Source: Clostridia bacterium
Lineage (GTDB): Bacteria > Bacillota > Clostridia > Acetivibrionales > UBA4821
Length of the DNA stretch: 64,000 nucleotides
Assembly: GCA_041687355.1 (NCBI GenBank)
Contig: JAWLCD010000001.1
Span: 29,424-93,423 of the forward strand
Reading direction: 5' to 3'
In this document: positions 42,256 to 51,020 of the stretch, one piece after another
Layout: every line of letters begins with the position of its first letter
Numbering within the stretch: position 1 is the stretch's first letter
Made by a program: the position numbers and the translations under genes
Notes under the pieces: model-generated
Told to the model about the DNA's origin: nothing
The model's input: the letters and a program-made list of their open reading frames with translations, nothing else
Databases searched by the model: none

Positions 42256-42543
42256 CTACTTATCCTTATTGATAACGATATATTTGACTACACCATCTGT
42301 AATCTTATATACCCTCTCCAGCTCATGGATAAATGTAGAATCCGCACTGAAGTTGGCCATTACATAATAACCTTCATTAACCTTCTCAATCGGGTAGGCC
42401 AGCTTTCTTTTTCCCCACTCTTCAATACTCTCCAGGGCAGCAGAAGACTCAATAAGGCCTTTGAACTTCTCAATAATGCCTTTGGTTGCTTCTTCATCCA
42501 AACCGGAGTCGATAATAAAGATGGATTCATATTTATTTGCCAT
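42256..42543 (-). CDS. rpsF: 30S ribosomal protein S6
   Basis: Start trimmed to the ATG at 42543 (MANKYESIFIIDSGLDEE), after ggaggtgaag. The longer ORF-track frame has no support. Confidence 0.95.
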   Translation of the reverse strand: MANKYESIFIIDSGLDEEATKGIIEKFKGLIESSAALESIEEWGKRKLAYPIEKVNEGYYVMANFSADSTFIHELERVYKITDGVVKYIVINKDK

Positions 42544-42613
42544 GCGCTCTTCACCTCCTCCCGGACATAAGGCCCCACATCTTGGTATGGAGCAAGGAAT
42601 ATTTTGTGAAGGT

Positions 42614-42642
42614 ATTTTATCACACACCTTTATATAAAGCAA
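42614..42642 (-). promoter_or_regulatory. SigA-type promoter of rpsF-ssb-rpsR
   Basis: The minus strand has TTGCTT (42642-42637), a 17-nt spacer and TAAAAT (42619-42614). Confidence 0.55.
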
Positions 42643-42890
42643 ACATTTTCCTGGATAATGACAATTTACTTTGATTAATCTCTTTACTTGCCTAATGGAT
42701 AAATTCTTAAAAATCTTTTGCATCTTGAAATATGATTTATTGGTTTGTTTCTCTCATGATTATATAATATATTCTATTCTTGCGGTTATTCCTTGGTAAA
42801 GATTTACCTATTGTATACGTTGTCGACAACCCCCGTCCCCTTGTCACCTAGTATAGTTTTACCTGCACACTAAGCAGCAAAGTATGAAGG

Positions 42891-42987
42891 AAAACGAATT
42901 AACTGGCGAATAAGTTATGAAGAAATCCTAGATAAACTATGCGAAGTTATGCTAAAATTTCAAGAAGAATTGACAGGACGTCAATTT
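42891..42987. repeat. Intergenic repeat family 1, copy 2 (partner at 15837-15933)
   Basis: Same orientation and blocks as copy 1. It ends 8 nt from the yabG stop codon. Its inverted repeat is GAATTGAC-aggac-GTCAATTt. Confidence 0.8.
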
Positions 42988-42994
42988 ATAGATA

Positions 42995-43873
42995 TCAGTG
43001 TGAAACCCGCGGCCCCCCTATGCGTGCTTTTCCTCTGGTCTGCACTCCACCAATTCCGTCAAATCCTGTATTTGTGTTCTCAACAACTTCATTAATGGAT
43101 AAAATTCTATCTATCCCTGTACTTGCAACCCTTTCAGCTACAATCACCGGATCCAGGGCATTAATAAGAATCCGTTTAGGTGAACTGGAAAAATTGGCTC
43201 CTGCATCAAGTATTGCTTCGTAGTTTGACTGACACGCTCCGGCAAATATAACAAGATTATCAAGAGATTTTTCATATTTTCTGGCCTGTCTGACTGCTTC
43301 AACAAAGTGCTTTGAGTTTCTGTAGTTGTCAAGCAGGGTGTAATCCTGACTTCCCTTAACCATACCGTCATGCCCTGTAAGCACAAGTATATCCGGGTTA
43401 TGCTCCTTGAGCAGTTCCATAACTCTCAGCGGCTGCTCTTCTTCGGGAACTTCAACAACTTCTGCATTCAGTCCCAGATTATTATAATAGTCCCTGCATT
43501 TTTCCACAAATTCTTCTGCTCCATCCATATGCAGTATCTTCCCTGCTCTTTCAAACATATCCATAGTTCTGTAAAACGGGACCTTTGTCTGACTTAAAAA
43601 CTCTTTATCCCTCTTTGTTTTTATGTTCTGAATACTTTTTCTCACCCAAGTATCTATTTGCCTGGAGCTTTTATCAGCTTCATCATCTGAAACCATTTTC
43701 AGGTCCTCCTCAGGGGAGTCAGCCTCTATCCTGTAATCTACCCCCCTGAGAATCACGTTTTTATCTCCTGTTTTATCCCTGCTGATTTTGGTAACCCTGA
43801 ACATCAGGTCACCTCCGTAAGACTTTCTTACCACTAAATCTCCAACCTTGATACCTGACATATTCTTCTCCAC
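42995..43873 (-). CDS. yabG: Sporulation-specific peptidase YabG
   Basis: 292 aa with YabG-like sequence throughout (GDLVVRKSYGGDLMFRV, VLTGHDG, FAGACQS). Confidence 0.85.
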   Translation of the reverse strand: MEKNMSGIKVGDLVVRKSYGGDLMFRVTKISRDKTGDKNVILRGVDYRIEADSPEEDLKMVSDDEADKSSRQIDTWVRKSIQNIKTKRDKEFLSQTKVPFYRTMDMFERAGKILHMDGAEEFVEKCRDYYNNLGLNAEVVEVPEEEQPLRVMELLKEHNPDILVLTGHDGMVKGSQDYTLLDNYRNSKHFVEAVRQARKYEKSLDNLVIFAGACQSNYEAILDAGANFSSSPKRILINALDPVIVAERVASTGIDRILSINEVVENTNTGFDGIGGVQTRGKARIGGPRVSH

Positions 43874-44079
43874 CTGTAATCTGTGTTTGATATATATTAT
43901 GTTAACCCGTGTCCGGGTGGTTCCTTTTATTATCTTCTATGTTAAAAACCGAAATTTAAACCGCCTGCCTTAAAATTTGAAAACATCAGAAATAATGACT
44001 TCCATACGAATTAAAGATTTTTTTTTGTTTAAACTATTATAGGAAAATCAAACAACAACTTAACAAGGGAGGTTGGATA

Positions 44080-44250
44080 ATGCGGATAGACAGAACCAAT
44101 GATCCTATTAACAGAGTTAAATGTGTCGTAAATACCTGCGAATACTATCAGTCCGGAGACTTCTGTGTCGCTCAGAAAATTGAAGTTCAGCCAAGAAATG
44201 CGCGCGACACACAGGATACCGACTGTGCTACATTCAGACCAAAAGGATAA
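44080..44250 (+). CDS. DUF1540-type small cysteine-rich protein
   Basis: Not in the ORF track because it is 56 aa. The SD is gggagg, 7 nt before the ATG. The translation is MRIDRTNDPINRVKCVVNTCEYYQSGDFCVAQKIEVQPRNARDTQDTDCATFRPKG, and a strong terminator follows. Confidence 0.7.
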   Translation: MRIDRTNDPINRVKCVVNTCEYYQSGDFCVAQKIEVQPRNARDTQDTDCATFRPKG

Positions 44251-44276
44251 GAGGGATTATCCCTCTTATCCTTTTG
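44244..44276 (+). terminator. Rho-independent terminator of the DUF1540 gene
   Basis: The stem is aggataagaggga-tta-tccctcttatcct, followed by tttt. Confidence 0.8.
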
Positions 44277-44377
44277 GCTTCTCCATCTACCTGCCGCATT
44301 TCAGAGTCCAGGCCTTTATTTCTGTTTTTGTTCTGTTATAATATATAATGATTTTACTGAATATCAGGAGGACTGCT

Positions 44378-45328
44378 TTGGACCTTTACAATAAGTATTC
44401 CGATTACTTAAAAAGAAGGTACGGAACAAAGGTATATAAACTCCCCATTAACATACCTGCCACCTGTCCCAACCGAGACGGGAGCATAAGCAGAAATGGC
44501 TGTATTTTCTGTGGTGATGAAGGTGCAGGGTTTGAGAATCTCTCAAATACAATAGGTGTAAGAGAACAGCTTGAAACAAACATGAAATACATAAAACAAA
44601 AATACAAGGCGGCTCAGTTCATTGCATACTTTCAGAACTTTTCCAACACCTATCTCACCCCCAAACAGTTCACAGAATATATCCTTCAAGCAGTAACAGG
44701 TGATATTGCTGCGATATATATTTCTACCCGGCCCGACTGTATCACTGACACCCAGTTGGACTTCCTAGAGAGCCTTAAAACCCAGAGAAAACTAGATATT
44801 GTCCTGGAAATAGGTCTGCAGACAGTAAACCACCATACCCTGAAAATTCTTAACCGCGGGCACACACTGGCGGAATTTATTGATGCCATATCCAGAACAA
44901 AATCCCGGGGACTGGAAACATGTGCCCACTATATCACTGATCTGCCCTGGGATACACAGGATGATGTTATTGAAGGTTCAAAAATACTGTCGGCTCTGGG
45001 GGTTAATCAGGTAAAACTTCACTCCCTTTATATACTAAGAGATACTAAGCTTGGAGAAATGTATGAGGACAATATTGTCAGCCCCGTCTGCATTGAGGAA
45101 TATATCGAAAGAACTATCGCCTTCCTGGAATACCTATCCCCTGAGATTGTTGTACAAAGATTGATAGGCAGGGCTCCGAAAGATAGAACCTTGTTCTGCA
45201 ATTGGGGTATGAGCTGGTGGAAAATAAGGGACATGGTAGAAGAAAAAATGCACCGCGATGGGGCATATCAGGGAAAGCGGTTTAACTATCTGTCACCCGA
45301 AACTACTCAGCATGCTGCAGAAGACTAG
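44378..45328 (+). CDS. Radical SAM protein, TIGR01212 (YhcC-like) family
   Basis: Has a CxxxCxxC-type cluster (CPNRDGSISRNGCIFC) and a TIM-barrel-like remainder. Start placed at the TTG at 44378, 6 nt after aggagg. The ORF-track ATG at 44348 has no SD. Confidence 0.8.
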   Translation: MDLYNKYSDYLKRRYGTKVYKLPINIPATCPNRDGSISRNGCIFCGDEGAGFENLSNTIGVREQLETNMKYIKQKYKAAQFIAYFQNFSNTYLTPKQFTEYILQAVTGDIAAIYISTRPDCITDTQLDFLESLKTQRKLDIVLEIGLQTVNHHTLKILNRGHTLAEFIDAISRTKSRGLETCAHYITDLPWDTQDDVIEGSKILSALGVNQVKLHSLYILRDTKLGEMYEDNIVSPVCIEEYIERTIAFLEYLSPEIVVQRLIGRAPKDRTLFCNWGMSWWKIRDMVEEKMHRDGAYQGKRFNYLSPETTQHAAED

Positions 45329-45350
45329 AAAATGAATAACCCTTTGATAA

Positions 45351-45381
45351 TTAAAAGCCGCAGTTCTTGTGCGGCTTTTAA
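45351..45381. terminator. Bidirectional terminator between convergent genes
   Basis: The stem is ttaaaagccgca-gttcttg-tgcggcttttaa. Confidence 0.8.
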
Positions 45382-45403
45382 TTATCAGGTTCCCGAATCT
45401 TTT

Positions 45404-46099
45404 TTAATTAACACCTCTCACTTCACAGTGTGCAAACAGCTCCTTCAGGTTATCCACTACATTCAGAATATATTGGGTATCTCTCGGACTCTTATTCAGG
45501 TATTCCTGGTCCAGAGTAATATTGTTCCTGAACTGCTGTATCACATACCGTCTGCTGCCTGCTATGGACTGAGCTATCTTTTCTATATCTTTTTCATCCA
45601 GGTCAGGCAAAAAAGTAGTGCGAAATTCATAATCAATACTGCTGCTTAACACCAACTGTATAGTTTGCCTAATCTTATCAACATCGACCGGGCATCCTGC
45701 TACATCATGGTACTTCTCAGCGGGGGCCTTGACATCAACAGCTATATAATCTATCAACCCTTTTTCAATAAGGCTCCTTACCGCTTCAGGATTTGTGCCG
45801 TTTGTATCCAGCTTGACCTTATACCCTATGTCCCTGATTGAACAGATAAGGTCCTCAAGTCCCTCCTGCAGGGTAGGCTCTCCTCCGCTTATACATACTC
45901 TATCAAGCATGCCATACCTCTTGTTCAGGAAGTCCATAACTTCTTCAAATGTAACTTCTTCGGTTTCAGCATGCCTGTCAACCAGACCCGGGTTGTGACA
46001 GAATCTGCACCTCATATTGCATCCCTTTAAGAATATGGTACAACATAAGTGCCCAGGATAGTCAACTGTTGATAGTTTCTGGAAGCCACCTATTTTCAT
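45404..46099 (-). CDS. nrdG: Anaerobic ribonucleoside-triphosphate reductase activating protein
   Basis: 231 aa with the radical SAM cluster CNMRCRFCHN. It overlaps the nrdD stop by 4 nt. Confidence 0.9.
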   Translation of the reverse strand: MKIGGFQKLSTVDYPGHLCCTIFLKGCNMRCRFCHNPGLVDRHAETEEVTFEEVMDFLNKRYGMLDRVCISGGEPTLQEGLEDLICSIRDIGYKVKLDTNGTNPEAVRSLIEKGLIDYIAVDVKAPAEKYHDVAGCPVDVDKIRQTIQLVLSSSIDYEFRTTFLPDLDEKDIEKIAQSIAGSRRYVIQQFRNNITLDQEYLNKSPRDTQYILNVVDNLKELFAHCEVRGVN

Positions 46100-48186
46100 A
46101 TGGCTTCCTCCTTCAATACATATTTCCTCCGGTTTATATATTCTTCTCTCTTGCCTTCATTGTAATTATTAATAGGCCTGAGGTATCCTACTACTCTTGA
46201 CCATACCTCGGTCTTCTCTCCACATTCGCTGCAGACATATTGCTCTCCCTTCAAGTATCCGTGATTCTGGCAAATACTGAAGGTTGGAGTCAATGAAACA
46301 TACGGAAGCTTGTAGTTTTCAAATACCTTCTTTATCAGATTGGCAGCAATCTTTGGTTCAGGTATGTTTTCACCCAGGTACAGGTGCAGAACCGTACCTC
46401 CTGTATATAGGGACTGCAGTTCGTCCTGCAAATCCAGAGTCTCAAAAATATCATCAGTATGTTCAACAGGAAGGTGGGTAGAGTTATTATAGTATGGAAC
46501 CTCCTTGCCGGCAGTAATAATATCGGGATATTTCTGTTTATCTAACCTGGCAAGCCTGTATGCCGTACCTTCTGCAGGCGTTGCTTCAAGGTTATAGAAA
46601 TGTCCTGTCTCTTTCTGGAACCCGGTAAGAAGTTCTCTCAGGTAATTCATTATTTCAACGGCTGTTCTCTGCCCTTCCGGTGTTGCAATATCTTTTCCTA
46701 TAAGGTTCAGTAGAGCTTCATTCATTCCAATTACTCCAATGGTGCTGAAATGATTAATCCAATACTGCCCGAACCTTTCCTTTATACCCTTGAGATATCT
46801 GGATGAGTATGGATAAAGTCCGTTCACAGTCTCTCTCTCTATTATTTTTCTCTTTATCTCCAGCGAAGCTTTGCCCTTCTCTGCAACTTCCTTAAGCCTT
46901 TCCTTAAATTCATCCATTGTACTTGATAAATACCCAATACGAGGCAGGTTAATGGTAAATACCCCTATTGACCCGGTAAGAGGATTGCTTCCGAATAGTC
47001 CTCCTCCCCTTTTACGCAGCTCGGTGGTATCCAGTCTCAGCCTGCAGCACATTGAAAGCGCATCTTCGGGAGACAGGGTGGAATTTACGTAGTTTGCAAA
47101 ATACGGAATTCCGTACTTGCTTGTAATTTTCATAAATGACTCAACTACCGGTGACTCCCAATCAAAATCTCTGGTAACATTTATGGTCGGTATGGGGAAA
47201 GTAAACACTCTGCCCTTGGCGTCTCCTTCAAGCATAACTTCGCAGAAGGCCATGTTTATCATATCCATTTGCTCCTGGAACTCCCCATACGTTTTATCCA
47301 TCTGCTTGCCACCCACTATAACCGGCTGGTCTTTTAAGGACGCAGGTACCTTAATATCAAACGTCAGATTTGAAAACGGACACTGGAATCCAACCCTTGT
47401 AGGAACATTAATATTAAATATAAATTCCTGCATAGCCTGTTTGACCTGGGCATATGAAAGATTATCATAATAGATGAACGGCGCAGAATATGTATCAAAC
47501 CCTGACCAGGCCTGAGCCCCGGCTGTTTCTCCCTGAGTCGTAAAAGTGGAGTTGATAATCTGGCCCCAGAACGCACGCAGATGTTTTGCAGGTTTGCTTT
47601 CAACCTTGCCCTCTACTCCTCCGAAGCCTTCTATGAGAAGCTGCTTCAAATCCCATCCGGCACAGTATGGTCCGAAGAAACCAAGGTCATGAATATGACA
47701 GTCGCCGCTTTCATGAGCCTGACGTATGTCTTCCGGATATATCTCATGCAGCCAGTAATTCTTGGTGAATATTTCTCTGACATAGTTATTTAAACCATTT
47801 ATACTCTTGTGTGTATTTGCATTCTCCTTAATAAGCCAATCCTTGTCCCCAAGATAGTTGGAGAACATATTTATTGTTGCACCTATGAGTGCATTCATCT
47901 CCCTCGAAGCTCTACGCTTTTCCCTGTAAAGTATGTAGGCTTTTGCCGTCTTTGCATGACCATTTTCTATAAGCACCTTTTCGACTACGTCTTGTACTTC
48001 TTCTACGTGGGGGATTTTTTCAGAAAACTTCCTCTCCAGAATTTTTTCTACTTCTGCGCACAGATATTCTGCCCTAGAATAATCTTCTCCTCCGCATGAA
48101 CGCGCTGCTTTAAAGATTGCCCTCATAATCTTTTCGGGTACGAAATCTTCCACTGTCCCATTTCTTTTCCTTATACTGCGTATCAT
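46096..48186 (-). CDS. nrdD: Anaerobic ribonucleoside-triphosphate reductase
   Basis: Start trimmed to the ATG at 48186 (MIRSIRKRNGTVEDF, an ATP-cone), after ttggggg. It has a C-terminal Zn ribbon CQNHG...CSECG, and the glycyl-radical region lies near the C-terminus. Confidence 0.95.
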   Translation of the reverse strand: MIRSIRKRNGTVEDFVPEKIMRAIFKAARSCGGEDYSRAEYLCAEVEKILERKFSEKIPHVEEVQDVVEKVLIENGHAKTAKAYILYREKRRASREMNALIGATINMFSNYLGDKDWLIKENANTHKSINGLNNYVREIFTKNYWLHEIYPEDIRQAHESGDCHIHDLGFFGPYCAGWDLKQLLIEGFGGVEGKVESKPAKHLRAFWGQIINSTFTTQGETAGAQAWSGFDTYSAPFIYYDNLSYAQVKQAMQEFIFNINVPTRVGFQCPFSNLTFDIKVPASLKDQPVIVGGKQMDKTYGEFQEQMDMINMAFCEVMLEGDAKGRVFTFPIPTINVTRDFDWESPVVESFMKITSKYGIPYFANYVNSTLSPEDALSMCCRLRLDTTELRKRGGGLFGSNPLTGSIGVFTINLPRIGYLSSTMDEFKERLKEVAEKGKASLEIKRKIIERETVNGLYPYSSRYLKGIKERFGQYWINHFSTIGVIGMNEALLNLIGKDIATPEGQRTAVEIMNYLRELLTGFQKETGHFYNLEATPAEGTAYRLARLDKQKYPDIITAGKEVPYYNNSTHLPVEHTDDIFETLDLQDELQSLYTGGTVLHLYLGENIPEPKIAANLIKKVFENYKLPYVSLTPTFSICQNHGYLKGEQYVCSECGEKTEVWSRVVGYLRPINNYNEGKREEYINRRKYVLKEEAI

Positions 48187-48377
48187 GATTAGTCCCCCAA
48201 TCTGTTTAGTGTGATTTGTAAACATGTAGGAAGTTATGCACTGCTGCGAATACAGATTTAACTGTAAACATAACTTCAATGTGTCGATAAATGTTTTTTA
48301 GAGAATTTAAACTTCTAATCAGTAGTAGAAGCTTTAGCTGCCGTAAATTGAAAATATTGCTGTGCTGGATCCTAACA

Positions 48378-48393
48378 CAACAATATTTAGTTG
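48378..48393. promoter_or_regulatory. NrdR box (promoter-proximal)
   Basis: caacaatatttagttg has the palindromic core CAAC...GTTG around an AT-rich centre. By my count it matches the 16-bp NrdR-box consensus acaCwAtATaTwGtgt at 11 of 16 positions. Confidence 0.6.
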
Positions 48394-48408
48394 TCTATAT
48401 TATATTAT

Positions 48409-48424
48409 AAACTAAATGTTGTGT
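48409..48424. promoter_or_regulatory. NrdR box (distal)
   Basis: The minus strand reads acacaacatttagttt, a 13 of 16 match to the NrdR-box consensus. Its centre is 31 bp from the other box, and TATAAT-like hexamers lie between the two. Confidence 0.6.
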
Positions 48425-48785
48425 CTATACATAATTTTTATCCTTTTGTACGATTTTATAAAACCCCTTTCTCAATTGCAAATTTCAAAAGAAATGAAAA
48501 ATCTGAGAATACATCTATATATTGTCCATTCTTTATAAAATACTAGCTAAATTGTATGTATAAAATTTATTACCAGGTCTTATAACCCGCTGTAACACAA
48601 TGACTTGCGCGGCATTTCCTTCCCGAGGGTTTTCTATATTATTGCATAAAAGCTTGCAGTCAATAAAATTGGTCTATCGCCGGTTAGGTAGGAGTAAAAT
48701 TATTAAGTAACCATTTATGAAACCCGCCTCACAAAGATAGAAGTGAAAACCTGAGCAATGTTAATCCTTAGGAGGAATCAAATAT

Positions 48786-49439
48786 ATGGGTAAAGTCTGC
48801 AAAATATGCGGAATAACCTCGTCCGGGCAAAGGACTTGTAATTGTACATACAGCAAAAGCCCCTGCCTACCGATTAGGAAATACTGGAGAGGTTTACTGC
48901 TTACAGGGGTTCAGGCAGCCTCAGCCGGAATATTTTTTGTTGTGCTTGTATATCGCATTGCATTCTGCTGTCCCGAATGGCTCCCATTTATAAACAGAAT
49001 ACTTGGTATGGGCAGCTATCTGAATACCTATACCCATGCACCCCAGATACCTTTTACAGAAATTTTCACTAAGACTTTTATTTTTATATTTATCCAATTC
49101 TTTTTACTTGCAGGTCTTTTTTACATATCGGGCAAAATACTTGGAACAAAAGAAGGTTCTTTTAGTCTTTTGCTTTCAGCGATGAGCGAGGGATGCACAA
49201 TACATGCTACTCTCTTGATTTTATCAGCTTTAACTCTGACCTTCTCGCCATTATTAACTATGGTAGTTCTGGTGTTTGGATTCTTCTTCACACTGCTGGT
49301 AAACCATACCTCAGCATGCGGGGTATTTAGAATCAAAAAACACAGAGCCCAATACTCCACTTCGGCCGTCTATATTTTTTACTTTCTTCTCCTTAGCCTG
49401 TTAGTCGCTGAAACGTTAAATATTCCTATCAAATGGTAA
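48786..49439 (+). CDS. Hypothetical polytopic membrane protein with an N-terminal CxxC...CxC zinc-ribbon-like motif
   Basis: 217 aa with the SD aggagg 9 nt upstream. It has about 5 predicted TM helices, and I recognise no family. Confidence 0.5.
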   Translation: MGKVCKICGITSSGQRTCNCTYSKSPCLPIRKYWRGLLLTGVQAASAGIFFVVLVYRIAFCCPEWLPFINRILGMGSYLNTYTHAPQIPFTEIFTKTFIFIFIQFFLLAGLFYISGKILGTKEGSFSLLLSAMSEGCTIHATLLILSALTLTFSPLLTMVVLVFGFFFTLLVNHTSACGVFRIKKHRAQYSTSAVYIFYFLLLSLLVAETLNIPIKW

Positions 49440-50220
49440 TCCTGTCTTTAATCTTCTCATACTTCGAATCGCCAATCCCATTCACCTTCATAATATCCTG
49501 TGGGGCTTTGAACAAACCATTCTTGCTTCTATAGTCAATGATTTTCTGAGCCGTCGAAGGACCAATGCCTGGAAGCCTGTCAAGCTGCTCAAGGCCTGCC
49601 GTATTTATATTTACTAGTGTATTCTCCTCTCCTCCGGCTTCAGCCTGACCATGGTTTTCTCCAATTACTCCAGAAGAATCAGCTGGTGCTTTTCGGGGAG
49701 GCAGCACATCAGGCTGAACCCCTGGTTGGGGTTTTCTGGTTAATGTCTCTGATGCACTTCCACTGTCTTTTGCAGGTGAAGCTCCGGCAGGCCTGCTTTT
49801 AACATCCTCTCCACTTATATCGGGAGGCCTTTCGTCCTTCGAAGGTATATATACCTGCTTTCCATCCTGCAGCTTGTATGCCAGATTAATAACTTCAAGG
49901 TCTGCATCCTCCAGAGCTCCTCCTGCTACCTCTACGGCATCTGATATTCTGCTCCCTTCAGGTATTCTGACCAGACCGGGTTTTCTAACCTGTCCAATCA
50001 CATGCACCAGAATCTCTTTCGATTTGCTTGTCTTGCCATCCTCTTCAGGTTTGTTCACTTCTCCGTCATTACCCTGGGGATATTTATTTACATTGCTCTC
50101 ACTGTCAAACACAACCTGACCAGCCATACTTTTCTTAACAATGCTGTACCCACATGATGCAATAACCAGAGCAAGAATACATCCAATAATTATCAGGCTC
50201 TTTCGGTTCACATTGGGCAT
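49429..50220 (-). CDS. comEA: ComEA-like DNA receptor (SLBB domain plus C-terminal helix-hairpin-helix pair)
   Basis: 263 aa. It has an N-terminal TM helix, a Pro-rich linker and the C-terminal sequence INTAGLEQLDRLPGIGPSTAQKIIDYR. Confidence 0.8.
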   Translation of the reverse strand: MPNVNRKSLIIIGCILALVIASCGYSIVKKSMAGQVVFDSESNVNKYPQGNDGEVNKPEEDGKTSKSKEILVHVIGQVRKPGLVRIPEGSRISDAVEVAGGALEDADLEVINLAYKLQDGKQVYIPSKDERPPDISGEDVKSRPAGASPAKDSGSASETLTRKPQPGVQPDVLPPRKAPADSSGVIGENHGQAEAGGEENTLVNINTAGLEQLDRLPGIGPSTAQKIIDYRSKNGLFKAPQDIMKVNGIGDSKYEKIKDRITI

Positions 50221-50412
50221 CTTGGTACCTCCGTTGTTACTATTTTGAAAGCGTACTGCTTGTATACTTAATTTTACTATTTAAAAAAACCAAAAACACA
50301 AAAAAAAAGCAAAAAGCATAATTTCTACCCTGAACGACAGATTGATGCTTTTCAGGAGTAAAATTATGCACTTTGCAATAGTTTTCTTAAAATAGCCAGA
50401 GCTTCTTTTCTT

Positions 50413-50763
50413 CTACTTGTTTTTGCCCAAAACCTTTTTTATTGTACTATTAGTAAACGGTATGGAAACATAGCCGTGAACACCTAAATCAGAGTCTTTC
50501 AATGGTGTATTGGAAATACTGTTGGAAGACATAATAACAATTTTTGTCTCAAAGTTCTTTAAAATATGTTTAGATGCCTCATATCCATCCATTTCCGGCA
50601 TTATAAGATTCATAAATATAAGGTCGGGTTGAAGGATATGTGCCTTTCTTACAGCTTCCAGGCCGTTTGCCGCCTCATATGTTTCGGTGAACCCCATACT
50701 GGTCAGCATGTTTTTTAGGATGGTACGCAGAAACCTTGAATCATCAACAATTAGTATGTTCAT
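50413..50763 (-). CDS. Stand-alone receiver (CheY-like) domain with substituted phospho-acceptor site
   Basis: 116 aa with a receiver fold. The DD pair is present (IVDDS), but the acceptor position reads N (FMNLIMPEMDG) and the conserved Lys position reads I (YVSIPF). Confidence 0.8.
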   Translation of the reverse strand: MNILIVDDSRFLRTILKNMLTSMGFTETYEAANGLEAVRKAHILQPDLIFMNLIMPEMDGYEASKHILKNFETKIVIMSSNSISNTPLKDSDLGVHGYVSIPFTNSTIKKVLGKNK

Positions 50764-51020
50764 AGCTCTCTCCCCGAATCACTTTTAATTTATCCAAGGT
50801 AGGATTTTCTCAAGCAGGTGTTTAAGGCAAAAACCTTATCACGATATTATTTCTTCAAGCCGCATTAAACATTTAAATTTTTTCTTGATTCCTATTTTAA
50901 TATAATGTGTATATTTTCAGCCGAATTTTTGTTATACTTTTATTATATCATTAATTGAAATTTTTTAAAATAAGTTCTTGTTTGCCACATATATTCTTCA
51001 CCAATGCTCGGAGGCTTACA

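Noticed and set aside
42544-42723. N-terminal extensions in the ORF track for rpsF, and likewise for mraZ, hsp20, nrdD, leuS, ridA, dnaX and the M16, HD-GYP and dac genes
   Set aside because: In each case an internal ATG preceded by a good SD gives the canonical family N-terminus. The extensions run through promoter or leader or repeat DNA.
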